Source: Paramecium tetraurelia
Lineage: Eukaryota
Length of the DNA stretch: 64,000 nt
Direction: 5' to 3'
Assembly: GCA_000165425.1 (NCBI GenBank)
Contig: CT868096.1
Span: forward strand, 310,001-374,000
Shown here: in pieces, positions 15,501 through 29,250 of the stretch
Position numbering within the stretch: the first letter of the stretch is position 1
Layout of the letters: every line of letters starts with the position of its first letter
Program-made: the position numbers and the translations under genes
Notes under the pieces: model-generated
Seen by the model: only the letters and a program-made list of their open reading frames with translations
What the model was told of the DNA's origin: nothing
The model's database searches: none

Positions 15501-18500
15501 AAGGCACATGCTCTTCCGGATATGCAGTTATTGACAAAGCTCTAGACATTTAAGCCTGTGTCCAATAATGTGGGATGATGTTTTCTATGTTCCTCTATAC
15601 ACTCAATACTCAATGCTATCAGGCTCCTCCTGTCATTGGAGCATATTGCGTAGGTTACTAGTGTTACAATTGTTATTATAAATGTAAGACTTGTACTGGT
15701 CCCAATTATTATTCGTGTTCATCTTGTTATGATAAGACATTTCTCTTAGATAATAAGTGTGGGACAAATTGTGATGATAAGTATTATGATTTGTTAAATT
15801 GGAAATGCGTCGATGTTTGTCCAAGCAATGTATACACTACCTCTGGCTATTAATATGTTAATGGAAATTTGACTTTTGTCACATCCTGTTCCTCCACATG
15901 CTTATATGATTAGTTTTAATTTTAGGGTAAATGTACTGATATCTAACCAGAGGGAACTTACTATACCCAGAAGTCTAATTATAAATTATGTGATAAATGC
16001 ACAGCAGTATGTTTAACATGTTTTGATTCCTATTCAACTACTTGTACGGAATGTAATGTAGGATCTTATTTATATGATACTACTTGCTCCTCTGAATGTC
16101 CTGATGATGCACCATATAAAGATACTCTTTAAAATTTGTGTGTTGTTACTTGCACCAGTTATTAAGAAAATGGATATTGCGTTGCTGGCTGTTCGGATAA
16201 TTATTACACATATGATGCTCAGAAATAATGTTACGAGTTAGGTTGTCCAGAAGGAACATTTAATCTGGCTAATACACTTGAGTGCTATGCTTGTGCTCTT
16301 GGATGCGCTACTTGTACAGATGGATCCTCAAGTTCTTGTATCACTTGTATAGAAGGATATTTTCTGCTAGGCACATCAACATGTACAAATGTCTGTAATG
16401 TGAGTCCTGACCTTATTTAAGATTGGATTAATGGAAAATGTGCTAAATAGTGTCCAGCTGGAACTTACTTGTAAACTTTGGCAAGTGGGTAACTAGCATG
16501 TAAAGACACTTGTCCTGTTCTTTATTATTCAAATATTTGTGTTGCAGCATGTCCTGCTCAAACTTATGCTGATGGCATTATTTGCACTCCATGTGCTGGG
16601 CCTTGCTCTGTTTGTTTTGGCGAATTAGTAAACCAATGCACAAAGTGTGATTCTGGATATTACTTGGCTGATACTAGTTGTGTTGATGTATGTCCAAATT
16701 CAAAACCTTATGCAAATTTAGCTGATTAAACTTGTGTCTCGACTTGCCCAGATTACTTGTATTTAGCCAAAAAAATCTGCTTTAGTCCTTGTCCAGGTTT
16801 CTTAGCTATTTATCAATTAAATGGTAAAAAAGAATGCGTTGATTAATGCTATTCAAAATCCTATTTATCTTCTGGAAATTGCTTACAATGCAATGCCATT
16901 TGTAAAGAATGTTATGGACCGATCAATGGAAACTGTTTATAATGTGAAGCACCTAACTATTTATATTAATAAAAATGTTCACCTTCTTGCCCATCGTAAT
17001 TATACACTGACTTGATAGATAGAGTTTGCAGAGAATCTTGTCCATCCAACACTGTTATCTAAGGATAGAAATGTTAAGCTTAATGTGATGCAACTTATTT
17101 ACTGTATGGTTAATTTTGTGTCGCAACCTGTCCAGCATTTACCTACAAATCAAATACAAAATGTTTACTATGCAACCCACTATGCAGGTCTTGTAGTGGA
17201 CCTTTAATCACCACTTGTTCTTCTTGCATAGAAAACTATTTATTAGATGGCACTACTTGCACATAAACTTGCCCAATCCTATATGATTATGAGGCTTAAA
17301 AATGCGTAAGCACTTGTAATACAAAGTTTGAATTAACTGATTTGAAAAGTTGTGTGACAACTTGTCCAACAGGATATATTAAATGTAATAAAAAATGTTT
17401 GAAAACTGCACCTGATGGATATTATTCAGATGGAATAAGTTGCCTGTAATGCAATAGTAAATGTACTAAGTGCACATCCCAAAATGTATGCTAAGCATGC
17501 AGTAAAAACAACTTTCTATCTTTGTAGACCTGTGGATTTTTGTGTACTAACAAATATCTTTATATGGATTCAACAACAGGAACTTGTGTTACAAAATGTC
17601 CACCTCAACTTTACCATTAAGAATCGTATGATAGAAGGACTTGTGTTGAGGATTGTCTCTTAGGCTATAAACTTAATGATTAATGTGTTAGTTCTTGCCC
17701 AAAAGGAATGTATACTAAGGATAATTTCTGTACAAATTGCCCTTAGACATGCGAAGAATGTACCTCAGCAACAAATTGCACTGTATGTATCAAAGATCAT
17801 TTTTTGGAAAACGGACTTTGCTATATAAGTTGTTTGGTTGGCAAAACAGATTATAAAAATAATTCATGTGTCTCATAATGTGATCCATCATTATTTGAAT
17901 ATCAAAACTAATGTTTAGTAAGTTGTCCTACAGATCCAGTATTTTATTATCATTCAAATATATGTATGGATGCATGTCCAGAGAGTACATACTAGAATAA
18001 ATAAGAATGTCTGGATTGTGATGTGTCATGTTTGTCATGTATTGGCCCATCGAACAACGATTGTCTAGTTTGTAAAGACACCTATTACTTACATGACTAA
18101 TAATGTATTCTCACTTGTCCTAATTTATATAATGAGGTAGATAAAACATGTGTTCTTTCTTGCCCTCCAAATCTTCTTTTGGATGGAAATAAGTGTGTTT
18201 TGATTTGTAGTTAGTACATGTACGACAATACTTGTTTGTCGAGCTGTCCTATAGGAGCATATGATGCAAATTACATTTGTTTCGATTGTTCTGAGAATTG
18301 CCTTGAATGCAACTCTTTTGGCTGCACTAAATGCGGCAACGGAACATTTTTAAATGATGGAAGTTGTAGTAGTTTTTGCCCATACTTTTACAATATTATC
18401 AATTATCAATGTGAGTAATAGTGCCCAGAAGGAACATATCTTTATATTGATCAATGCTATGCAACTTGTCCAGCCAATACATATACATATCTGTAAACAT

Positions 18501-21500
18501 GTCTTTTAGAATGTCCTTTGAAAACTATTTTACTAAATTCTGTTTGCTACTAATGTCCAGAGAGATGTTCAGTTTGTAAAAGTTAATATGAATGTGGGAC
18601 TTGCGATGCTCCTTATTACTAATTTAAAGGAGAATGTGTTGTGGCTTGTCCAACAGTACTTCCCTATTAGAATAAAATTTATTATGTATGCTAATCGGAA
18701 TGTTCTCCTGATACATATGAAAAAGGATATGACTGCGTTAGAGAATGTGATTTAATCATCTATTAGAATAAATGTTTGACAAATTGTCCTTATGGATATT
18801 ATGGTAATGCAATATGTAAGCCTTGCAAATTGGAGTGCAAGGCTTGCAATGACTTTAATATATGCACAGAATGTTCAGACAACTTTTACCTTGAGTATAA
18901 CTAATGCGAGACATAATGTACAAAAATCAAAGATTTGAAATAAAAGAAGTGCGTCGATTCATGTTCTCAATTTTTGTATCAAAATGTGTGCTATGAAACT
19001 TGTCCCATAAATACATATTAATATACAAATACTTGTCTTCAAAAGTGCTTAGAGGGATATTTTGGTTCTGCAGACTTCAAATGTGAAAAATGCCCTTCTT
19101 AATGCATCACTTGCTCAACTTTTAATTAATGTAACAGTTGCAAAATTGGATATTACTTATATCAGAAATAGTGTTTAGATTCATGTCCTGACAAATTATT
19201 TTCAAATCCATTAACCAGTTAGTGCACACAATCATGTCCAGATAAAACATTTATCTTTACAAATTCATGCTTGTATGAATGTCCAAGTGATTATTTCAAT
19301 GACACTGAAAGTTATAAATGCGTTACATCATGTGGCAAGCAATAATATCTTAATAAAAACAGTTGTTATCCCTGCTCTTTTGAATGCGATTAATGCACAG
19401 CCTATGGAAATAAAAATTGTGTAGCATGTGCAACTAATTTCGTTTTAACTGAAGAGGGACATTGTTTTGGAAAATGCAAAGCTGGTTATTATTAAACAAC
19501 AAATTCTTGTGAGTAATGCTTACATAAATGTCTAACTTGTTAGAATGGCACTGAATGTTTATAATGCAGAGGAAATAATAGAAATCAACTCGATTGTTCA
19601 TGTCCAAAAGGATATTATGATGATCCATTTTATGATAATTGTTAAAAATGTCCATGTGAAGAATGTATTTCTGAATCAGAGTGTCTAGTATGCAAAAATA
19701 ATCTTTAAGTTCCCAACTGTTCTTGTAATAGGAGACTTAACGACGATTGGTGTATTACTTGTCAAATTGCATCTGTCAATATATACTATTCAGATGATCT
19801 AAATTAAATCATCGTTTATTTTGGATATTTGATATCAGTTAATTTAATTAACCCTTTCTAACCCTCAAGTTGTTCATTTTGGTTTAATGATTCTGAAATA
19901 TTCGGAGAGGATGCTTAATGCTATTTGTCATGGGACAGATATGCAGTTCACATCATATTAGAACCATACGCTTCTGTCAATGTTGGAGATCAATTAAGCT
20001 TCTAACAATCCTTTTATCGAGATGTAAATCAAGGCCTTTGTGATGGATAATTCATTGAAACATTTATTGATAGCACTGTGAAGGGACCTTCAGCATTAAC
20101 TAAACCTTATGTGCATTTTGATGTACCATCTGTCGTAAGTACTTGTAAGACTATTGAAATTAAACAAATATTATATGATGGAACAGGAAAGAAGATTCAA
20201 GAAGTGTTATCTTGGACTCTTAAAGAAATGGATAATGACAACTATTATTTGTAAATGGATGCATTCTTAGCAGATCAAAAAAATGAGTTCACCATTCCTA
20301 TCGGTGCCTTAGCCACTAATGTTACTTATACCATTACAGCCAAATATATTAATTTCCTCAAAAGAGTGAATTTCACAACCTTTACATTCACTACACTACC
20401 AGACTTAGTCCCTTATGTCTTTCTATAATATAATCCTTTGATGGCTAGGGTTTATGTTTTCGATTGTAAAGTCACATATTCTGATATGAAAAATGAATTT
20501 AATTTGGCCATTCAAGTTTCTGATTCCGATAATAAAACTTACATTTCCATACAGTAAGCCATTAACCCCATTTATGATGTCCCATTAAATGAATCCCTTT
20601 TACCTAAAGAAACCCCATTACTTTTTATGGCATCAACAGGAAGTTCTGTCATTCATGAAAAGATTTATCTAAAATCCAAAAAGATTGAAATTTAATTCCT
20701 TTAAAAGAATCGATTTATTGGATTAGATAATTAAATTAATGCAAGAGCCTTCGATCGAAATATCTAAGATGAAGTTTTAAGTACATTAAAAATTGAATAT
20801 CAATGGTAATGTAATAATTTATTCAATTTATAACCTTGTAAGACAGAAGAAAATAAAATTATGGAATTTCCATCCAGAAGAATTGCTGATATTTTTGCAG
20901 ATAGTTAAAATACTACTTTCGTCTTCTTTGTTAAAGCATCCAAAGGCAATAGGTGGACAGTAAAAGAATAGTTGATAGTTGTCACAGATTTTGAAATCGA
21001 GGAAGAGTTCGTTTTAAATTAAGAAGTCCCTCAAAACTCTGTCAATCTTAATGATGAAATAACTGTCTTAATTAGAAATAATTAAAAATATGCTTTCATT
21101 ATTCAAGAATTCAAAATTTTGGCTTCAATCAAAACTAAAGGCCAAACATTAAAATTTAGACTCTCAGGATTAACAGCTAATTACAATAGTCCTGTGTACA
21201 TCTATCTAGTCCCAGGCATTGAATCTATATCTTTTAAGCTAAACGTGCCTCCTTCAGAAGTTTACTTCAATGTAGATCCACTTATAGGTGAATCTTTAGA
21301 TTACTTTAATTATTCAATCCAAAACTTACAACCTGGAAATACTTTCAGTATTTATTACTATTTTGACAAACTTCTTCTCTAAGATGACGTAAATCTGTAA
21401 TCCATAAATCATGGTTTCCCTTTGGTGATTAGTTCACAGGAATTAACAGGTTCCTTCTAACTTCCAAATGGAATTATTGATAATGCAATATCCGTTATTT

Positions 21501-23531
21501 GTTAGATTGAATCAGCAAAGGGATCAAAGTCCTATTTAGTAAAGGAAATTCAAGTCAAAAGAAATAATTATCAGATAAATAAATTGTATGAATCCTTAAA
21601 TAATCAAACTAATTTTTCAAATTTACAAAGTATTCACACTATGACTAAACTAATGGAAATCGAATAATAATAAGTCTGCTTGAAACAGTGCTCAGGTGTT
21701 GGTACATGCGTTGACAATAAATGTAAATGTCCTCCAGAATATTACTTTGATGATTGCAGTGGAACCAGAGAAGAATACGATAATTTTAGCAGCCTTATTT
21801 CAAATGCTTTGCAACAATTAATTAAAAATCCAATAACAAATGATGATGAGTTTAGATTGTTCAGCTAATCTCTATTGTACTTATCCACTCTAAAAGATTT
21901 AAATAGTTCAATTACTAATTCAGATTGCTAATAAATATTGGAATAATACATTTAAAATCTTAATACAAGATTAGAAAAAATCAACCAATACTCAATTAAT
22001 CTTTAATATCAGTCAACTGCTTATCTGAATTACTCCCAAATTGATATAAGATCTTTGGAAAATTAGAATGATTTAGGAACAGCTTTAAAGAGCACGGTAT
22101 TTATGTGGGCTAAAACCTTATTTACTGAAGATTCTGCTGTCTATTAATTGCAGAGTCGCTTAAGAAGCTTTTTATCAGCTATAATAGAATTATCTCTATT
22201 CGGTATTGAACCTAATGAATCTATCGATTACTCTTTTGATACTGCCTTTCTAAAAATGTAGAGAATTAATAATATATCCAACATCACAAAAGGAAGACTA
22301 TTAGTTGAATCCACTGAAGTTAATTCCAGCAACTCAGAATATTACGATGTTGTTTAAGCCATATATATTCGTAATTACTTTGCTTTTGATGGTTACTATC
22401 CATATCCCTTATAATTATATCCACTTTACGATTACTAAATACGTCAAGAAAATAGAAAATAAAATATTTAATTAAGCTCATATATCTCATACAAATTTAA
22501 AGTGCTTAATGATACTACAAATCTGGTTTGTTTAATGAGAAATTCTTTGTCATATGAATGGTCAAATGAAAATTGCACACTTGACTAATAAAATACATCC
22601 TATTTTTGTAATTGTACAAATCTTGCTCCAACAACCATTTGTAATGATTATGACTACCTTTTTTAAAATTCTCCTAAGTTCTAATTGAAAATTCCAAACC
22701 TTTTATATATTATTTACTTTGCATAATTATTGATATTAGGAATATTTTTCTTTAAGTCTAGGAAGTCTTAGTATGAAAAATCTGTAGATAATAATAAGTT
22801 TGGTTAAGTTCTAAAATTGGCAAAGCATAATAAAATAGGAGTTTTCGGAAATAAGATTGTTCCAATTGATGATGAAAAACAAGTTGTTTAGGATGAGTCA
22901 AAATAAAACTAAAATTAATAATAACCTACAGATAAAGATAAATTTAGTTTTAATAATTTTTGGGTACTTAATATATTTATTATAGAAATATCATTTTTTA
23001 ACTTCAATGATATATAAAAAAATCTTTTACTTTAGCTCATTTCAACGTTCTGTTTTGATTTTATTGAGATGGAATCAAGCCATTATTGTTGGAGAAGTCT
23101 TAACTTTTTATGGATTCAATTATGATGTTGCTATGTGGATTATCTTGTCATCAATCATTTTTAGCAGAATTTTTGAATACATTTTCAAAGTAATCAATTT
23201 TTAATATTTTAGACTTAAGTCAAATACTTTTTTTATATGAAATAAATAATAGTACTTATTCTAACTAAGTTATTCCTATTCTTAATAATGTTAGGCACAT
23301 TTTTATTTGGAATATATGTCTATTTGATAATTTATAATTAAACAAACTTGGTATTTAATCCTAATTAATCATTAGATTATTTCATATACTTTTGCCATCA
23401 TAATTGATTTCCTATTTTTGGACATAATCTTATTTAGTGCCAATAAATTTTTTGGATAAGAAAAGAAAAAATTAATTAGGAAAAAACTTAAAGAATTTTA
23501 ATTTATAGCTAAAGCATAGAACGTCAATTGA
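12588..23531 (+). CDS. Giant Cys-rich furin-repeat / REJ / EGF / GPS / 5-TM polycystin-1-like receptor, copy 2 (apparently intact, ~3,592 aa)
   Basis: Signal peptide MCFFIKAFLFLLPFLNQA. Introns 12703-12727, 12901-12922, 13027-13048, 13193-13218, 22964-22985, 23190-23212, 23351-23375; spliced length 10,779 nt (3,593 codons). LamG-like WCHIV and WAHVTV, furin-like repeats, REJ (NVPP..VDPLIGESLDYF), EGF, GPS-like CNCTNLA, 5 TM. Frame +2 at every point checked in the ~9.7-kb central exon. Confidence 0.9.
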
Positions 23532-24576
23532 TTCTGATATTATTTTTAAATAATATCTAAGATATATAAACTTTTTAATCTTTGATTATTCTTGAAATTT
23601 GTAGTTATTTATAAAAGTCATCTTCTCTTAGTAAAATAATTAATTAAAACAAAATATCAATCAAAATTATTAAACAAAGATATGGAATGAAATTTTAGAA
23701 AAGGCATACTTGTTTTTGAAATTAGTTCTTAATGAAAATTAATTATGTTATCTCAATACTTGAAGGCTTTAAGCAAACATTAAACTACTATTTATTAAAA
23801 TATTAATAAATAAAAAGTTTTTTCTTAACTTATAAAATGATTCAATTGCTCAGCCTTTGATTTTTAAATAGACTCTTACTTAACAAGTTGAAATTCTTAT
23901 TTTTATAAAGCCTAATGCTTTTAAAATATTTTCTTTTTATTCCCATAGATAAGATAAAATTTTTATTAAATATATAGACATTAAATACATATTTCTCCAA
24001 AAAAGTGAAGAAATAAATCTTTTAGTAAGCTAAGAATAGAATAAGTATTACATAAACCTAAAAATCTTATACACTAGTCAATATTTAAAAGTAATTGGTT
24101 TACAATCTTAGTACTTATTTATTTTTAATATTGGTATTTTTCATTATAAATTTTTCTGAATTTTCAAATCCAATTGCTGAAAAATTAGTTTTTGACACTA
24201 TAAACTTATGTACAATTAATATCATGATCAAAATTTTGAATTTTTTCACTCTTCTAGTCTTTAATCTGATATGCTTACGATAATTCTATTATAATTGAAA
24301 ATAAAATGCTTAACTCCATCAGATTATAAATACAGAATTAAATTTATTTATAGGCATTTTTTTATTAAGTTTAATTAATACTCTATCATTTAATTATAGG
24401 CTTATTCATTTTTAAATAATTATTAAAAACATAATGAATATCATCAGAATTACTAACTGCCAATACATAATAGCTCTTAGAAGGCATGATATTGTTTATA
24501 AATCCCAATTACTTTGGATAATTTTATAGTAGAATACATGATAAATTCAATAATAAATTATTAAAATTAAATTGTT

Positions 24577-24994
24577 ATGGATGAACTTTATCAATCAGAA
24601 ATTAGACAGAGATATTATTCTTCTATGACATATTAGGAATATTTAGATACTCATGATTAACCACCTCCTACACCTAAAATAAAGTATTAATTATACTTTG
24701 ATTAGGGCTAAATAATCGCAGTAAATAGTTGAACCTCTAACCCTTGAACCACATAAGGGACCTAAAATTTAGTAGCAAAAATTAGCGATATATACACCAG
24801 ATGAAGTCATACTGGAAGAATCAGAAAATGATGAAAAGCAACGATCAAATTAAAATCAAAGAGTCCCATGTTAAAAAGCTTTAATTGAACATGTAAAAAT
24901 AATTATATAATTATAGGATATAAGAATGCGTAGCTAAAGCGAAAATTTAAACTTTTCTGTATTTAGATTCCTTTAATAAAAGAAAAAAGCATGA
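24577..24994 (+). CDS. Small hypothetical protein
   Basis: MDELYQSEIRQRYYSSMTYQEYLDTHDQPPPTPK...; two short GT..AG introns restore a continuous frame to TGA 24992-24994. Confidence 0.65.
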
Positions 24995-25537
24995 TTAATT
25001 ATAATTTTTTATATGTTTCACTTCCAAAGATAATTTATATGAAAATCACTTTGTTTTAATGGTTAACTCATTCTAATAAATTAGAATTAACACTTCTAAA
25101 CGTGAAATGAATTTAATCTATAAAAAGAAGTTGTAATTATAATCTTGATACAAATTGAATTCTTTTATAGATATTAAAAATATTTAAATTATTTGGACCA
25201 AATTTCTTAACAAGCTGATGATGTTCATTTATTTCATCAATAAAATTTAGACTTAATTATTAAGTAGTCAATTTCCTTTTGAATAAATTTAATCCTTTTA
25301 ACCCTTAAAAAATATTGAATTCAAATTTATAAATTTACATTTACTTAATTGTGTATAGAATTTAGACATAATGTCAAACAATATTTTCATTTGATTTTTC
25401 CAATTAACTCTAACAGAAACTTAAGAAAATCAATTCATTTATTTTTAATTATATAAAATTTGTAAAATTAATAATAAGAAAATTTAAATTCGATTCAAAA
25501 ACTAAGAATATACTAATAGCAATAGATATTTTACACA

Positions 25538-26903
25538 TCATAAATCATCAGAAACTTATTTTTTTCCCTATTTGTCTATAAATTCACTAAGGGCCTCTAA
25601 TGTTAATGGTCCATCAAATGTAACAACCTATCTTGTTTAAGCATTGTACCATCTAACCATAGGAACTTCCTTAATAAATTAATCTTTCACCTTAAATAAT
25701 AATTTTTAATATACTTCGTTTTCACTTGCATCAAACATACCAAATGCTTTTTATCCTCTATATTTTTTAAATAATTGCTCAAATTTAGGAGTAAATTCTT
25801 GACAGACTTTGCACCAACTGGAATAAAAATAAATGAAAATATTGTCGTGCTTTGGTAGATCATCACCAACAACGGTCAAGATTTATTTTTCCCAATTCTC
25901 GTTTTTAACAGTTGGTTAACTTTTGTAGTATGGTTCTAATTTATTATTTAGAAAATTATTCACAAATTTTCTAAGATCACCTAAATCGGCAAATTGTGTT
26001 CTATATTTCTTTTAAGAATGGTTTTAATCATAAATAACTGCCAAAGGACGTTAAATACCTTTAATTCCTAAATAATTTAATAGTCTATCTGTCACCTGAT
26101 CCAACTTAACCAATATAGTATTAATCCTAGAATTATTGTTATTATTACTCTTTTTAATGTATTTTGGCCAAATCTCTATAATCTTTTTCATCAAAAATAA
26201 ATAATATTGGCTTTTTAGGTTAATAAAAAGCTGTTTCAATAGCATCTTATGTAAATTCTTAATAGTATTTCTCTTCATGATCCTCAACAAATTTAAATAC
26301 TTTTTCATAAGTTATTTCACCATCATAATCATATCGATTTATACCCTTCTCTGTAAACATCACAAGGGTGGTTTCTTCCCCAACATTTAGTATTGATCGA
26401 GCATTTGGTAAAGTAGTATAAGTGAAATGGATGTGATGCTTTAGAGTTTTGAGCCATTTCAATTCCTACTTGAATTTTTCGTTGAAAACTAAAACGCTAA
26501 TATTATGAGCCTCATGGATCCATCTAATCGTTGGTTCTGAATCAGAATCAGATATATAAGATAATGCTCTTAGATCTGCCCATTCTTCTAATTACTTCGC
26601 TGACCATTCCCCTGAATGTTCGGTGTAAAGACCTTTTACATATAATCTAAGCACAGGGTATCTATTAAGTTCGTAATTCTTAATTCTAGCTACTGGAATA
26701 CCAATACTTCCAGGAGTACCAACATTAATCAATTAAGAAGCTTTTTCTAATTCTTCATCCAATCTCTAGCAATGATTACAATCATCTCGCGTGAAAAAGA
26801 TCATAGTGTAGTTTTAATTTTGGACCCATTTCTCTAAATTTGTAATGTTAGTCATTTTGCAAGAAGCTAGAACAACTAAAAGAATAAAATACACGTAATG
26901 CAT
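25538..26903 (-). CDS. PDI: Protein disulfide isomerase family protein (two thioredoxin active sites)
   Basis: Signal peptide MHYVYFILLVVLASC; N-terminal CNHC and C-terminal WCKVC CxxC motifs; YYKSQP..VVG and FDASENE typical of the PDI a' domain; C-terminal SDDL (ER-retention-like) then TGA. Confidence 0.85.
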
Positions 26904-26914
26904 TAATTTTATTA

Positions 26915-27386
26915 ATGGGAAACCAAAGCGAAAAAAAAATAGCTTCATTTAAATAAAAAGTCATTGGTTATTACTTTTACCCAACAACAGGAATTTGCAC
27001 TTTATTTTTGCTTGCCAATTTGTATTGTGGTTATGCATTAACAATTTGGGGTGCTATAGTAATTTCTATAATTACTTTTATTCAATACTTTTGTTATAAT
27101 TAGATAAGCAAGTCATTAGAGTTTGGTTTGGATACAGATTCATATTCCATTTACATAGATATATTAGTTTTAAATGGAGTCATTTAAGTAAACTTTTTAT
27201 CTACTTTAGCTTGGCAGCATTATATTTGATGTTTTTTGGTATGGTTATTGGATTATCCCATTAATATTGCTATATAAAGGTTCCCTAATTATTTGGGGAT
27301 GGTTACAAAAACCCCAATATGCTGAGGAGGATAAAAAAGATAAAAAGAAAAAAGAAAATAAACCTAAAGTAAAATATGTTAAATGA
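26915..27386 (+). CDS. TMEM208: TMEM208/Snd2-like ER membrane protein (DUF788)
   Basis: MGNQSEKK start, hydrophobic segments, YIDIL..VIQ..IFDVFWYGYWIIP..LYK and a basic tail KPKVKYVK; one 22-nt intron near 27188. Confidence 0.75.
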
Positions 27387-27420
27387 ATATTAATATGCAT
27401 AAATATTTGTTATATATCAA

Positions 27421-28449
27421 TCATTCTATTTCCAAAGCAGATTCTACTATAAGACTCTTTTTTATTCTGTGTTTGTTTGGATAAAATATTAACAAAAGTA
27501 TTGAAGTAGGAACATAATCACTCAAAAGATACAAAAAAAATGATATTATAGACCTTTCATTTATCATAAAAAATACATACCACCATATAGTGTCTTAAGT
27601 ATTTTAGTCATTGAACCCATACTTAAACTAAATCAAAAAAGAGGAACACCAAATTCTTAACTATGAAAATACTAATCTTAATGCCTGTCCAACTATTAAT
27701 AAACCAATTGATAAATCAAGCTATATTGGTTATGTTATACTTTACGTATTTTTTATATTAATCATTTATAGTATTTATGTTCTTAACGTGTTTTCTAAAT
27801 AATAAACATCCTCCAACAAAGGCCACTAAAGAGACAAATGAGTATATGAAATAAAGAATTGAGTAGCTAACTATCATATTTATTATACATCTTGTCTATT
27901 TTTTAATCCCATGTTTTGCTGTGATAATACTCAGCTATGATTAAGAATATTTGACATGCAAACCAAAAAGCAAAAAAGAATAAATTAATAATCATTTCAA
28001 TATAAGAAATACTTTGAAAATAATGAAAAAATTTCTGCATAATTGAAATCCTTAAATAAATAAATTCTTTAACCATTTTGCTCCTATTACTCCCAAGACA
28101 AGATCATAAAAAATGAAACTTGATGATTATAAAGTTCTAAAAACAGATGGCTGAAATAGTTATTATTCAGATTCCTTTAAAAAACATCCAAAAACTGCAT
28201 AAGAATAGGCTTGTATCCTTACTTTTCAATAAGTAAATTATTACTTAAACTTAGGATGAACACTAAAGTGTTTATTTTTAAAAGAGTTGGATCCATAATT
28301 TTGAGAAAGAATCTAATTAGTTTATGAAAATTTGAAGCCTGCCATAAAATCATAATTGTATTCATCATCAAAATTATAATTGCAAAAGCCTTTTCTAAAT
28401 CATTTGTTATAAAATCACTCAAGTTCTATTTATATGTCTCCTTAATCAT
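27421..28449 (-). CDS. Hypothetical multi-pass membrane protein (exon structure uncertain)
   Basis: ATG 28449 (MIKETYKQNLSDFITNDLEKAFAIIILMMN...), repeated hydrophobic stretches, ends ...LIVESALEIE-TGA; internal splicing not fully resolved. Confidence 0.5.
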
Positions 28450-29250
28450 AATATAATTAGAAAATATTTCTAAAGCACTTTAATTAAAAAATAATAATAA
28501 TTTTTATCAATATCCCTAATATCAAGTTCAGAAGTCTATCATCAAGAATCTAAATATTTAGCAAACTTTGAGAATATGAAATAAAAGTTTTAACTAAATT
28601 TAGACTAAATATTTTTGAAAATGAACAGAGCACCTAAACTCAAGTTTCAACTGATGTATAATTAAGACAATATCATTAAATCGAGATTTTAAATTGAGCA
28701 CATTATAATTGTTGGCAAATTTTAATACTTTTAAAATTACCAAACTAACTCGTATAATTAAAGAATGATTGAAATAATTAAAATACTTTTAAGTTATATT
28801 GAAAAATATCGTATATGTTATAAAATCAAAAAAAATACATTTATACAGAATTTATTTACCCTGAGTTATTTATTAAGGCAGAAAAACTTAAAAGATATAA
28901 TGATTATAAAGTATTTATTAAAAATTTATTAGTTAAAGATTTTTAATCAAAAAAATAATATAATTTTGGAGGGATATTTTTGTTAGTAAAATTAATGTAA
29001 ATTGGACAATATTATTAAATAAAATTTATAAATTTACATATATATTAAATTCAAAGTCAAAATTTTATTAATTAGATTTAGAATATTCTACCAAAGAGAA
29101 CTGAAATATGTTTATGTTTTATTATATATTTTGGTTCTTTTATTAAATTAAACTTCTGCGATAAAGGTAAAATTATTTTGAGGAAATAATATTACTTTAT
29201 AATAATTTACGTTTTCTTATGTGAATATATATTATAGATAATAAAATTAA

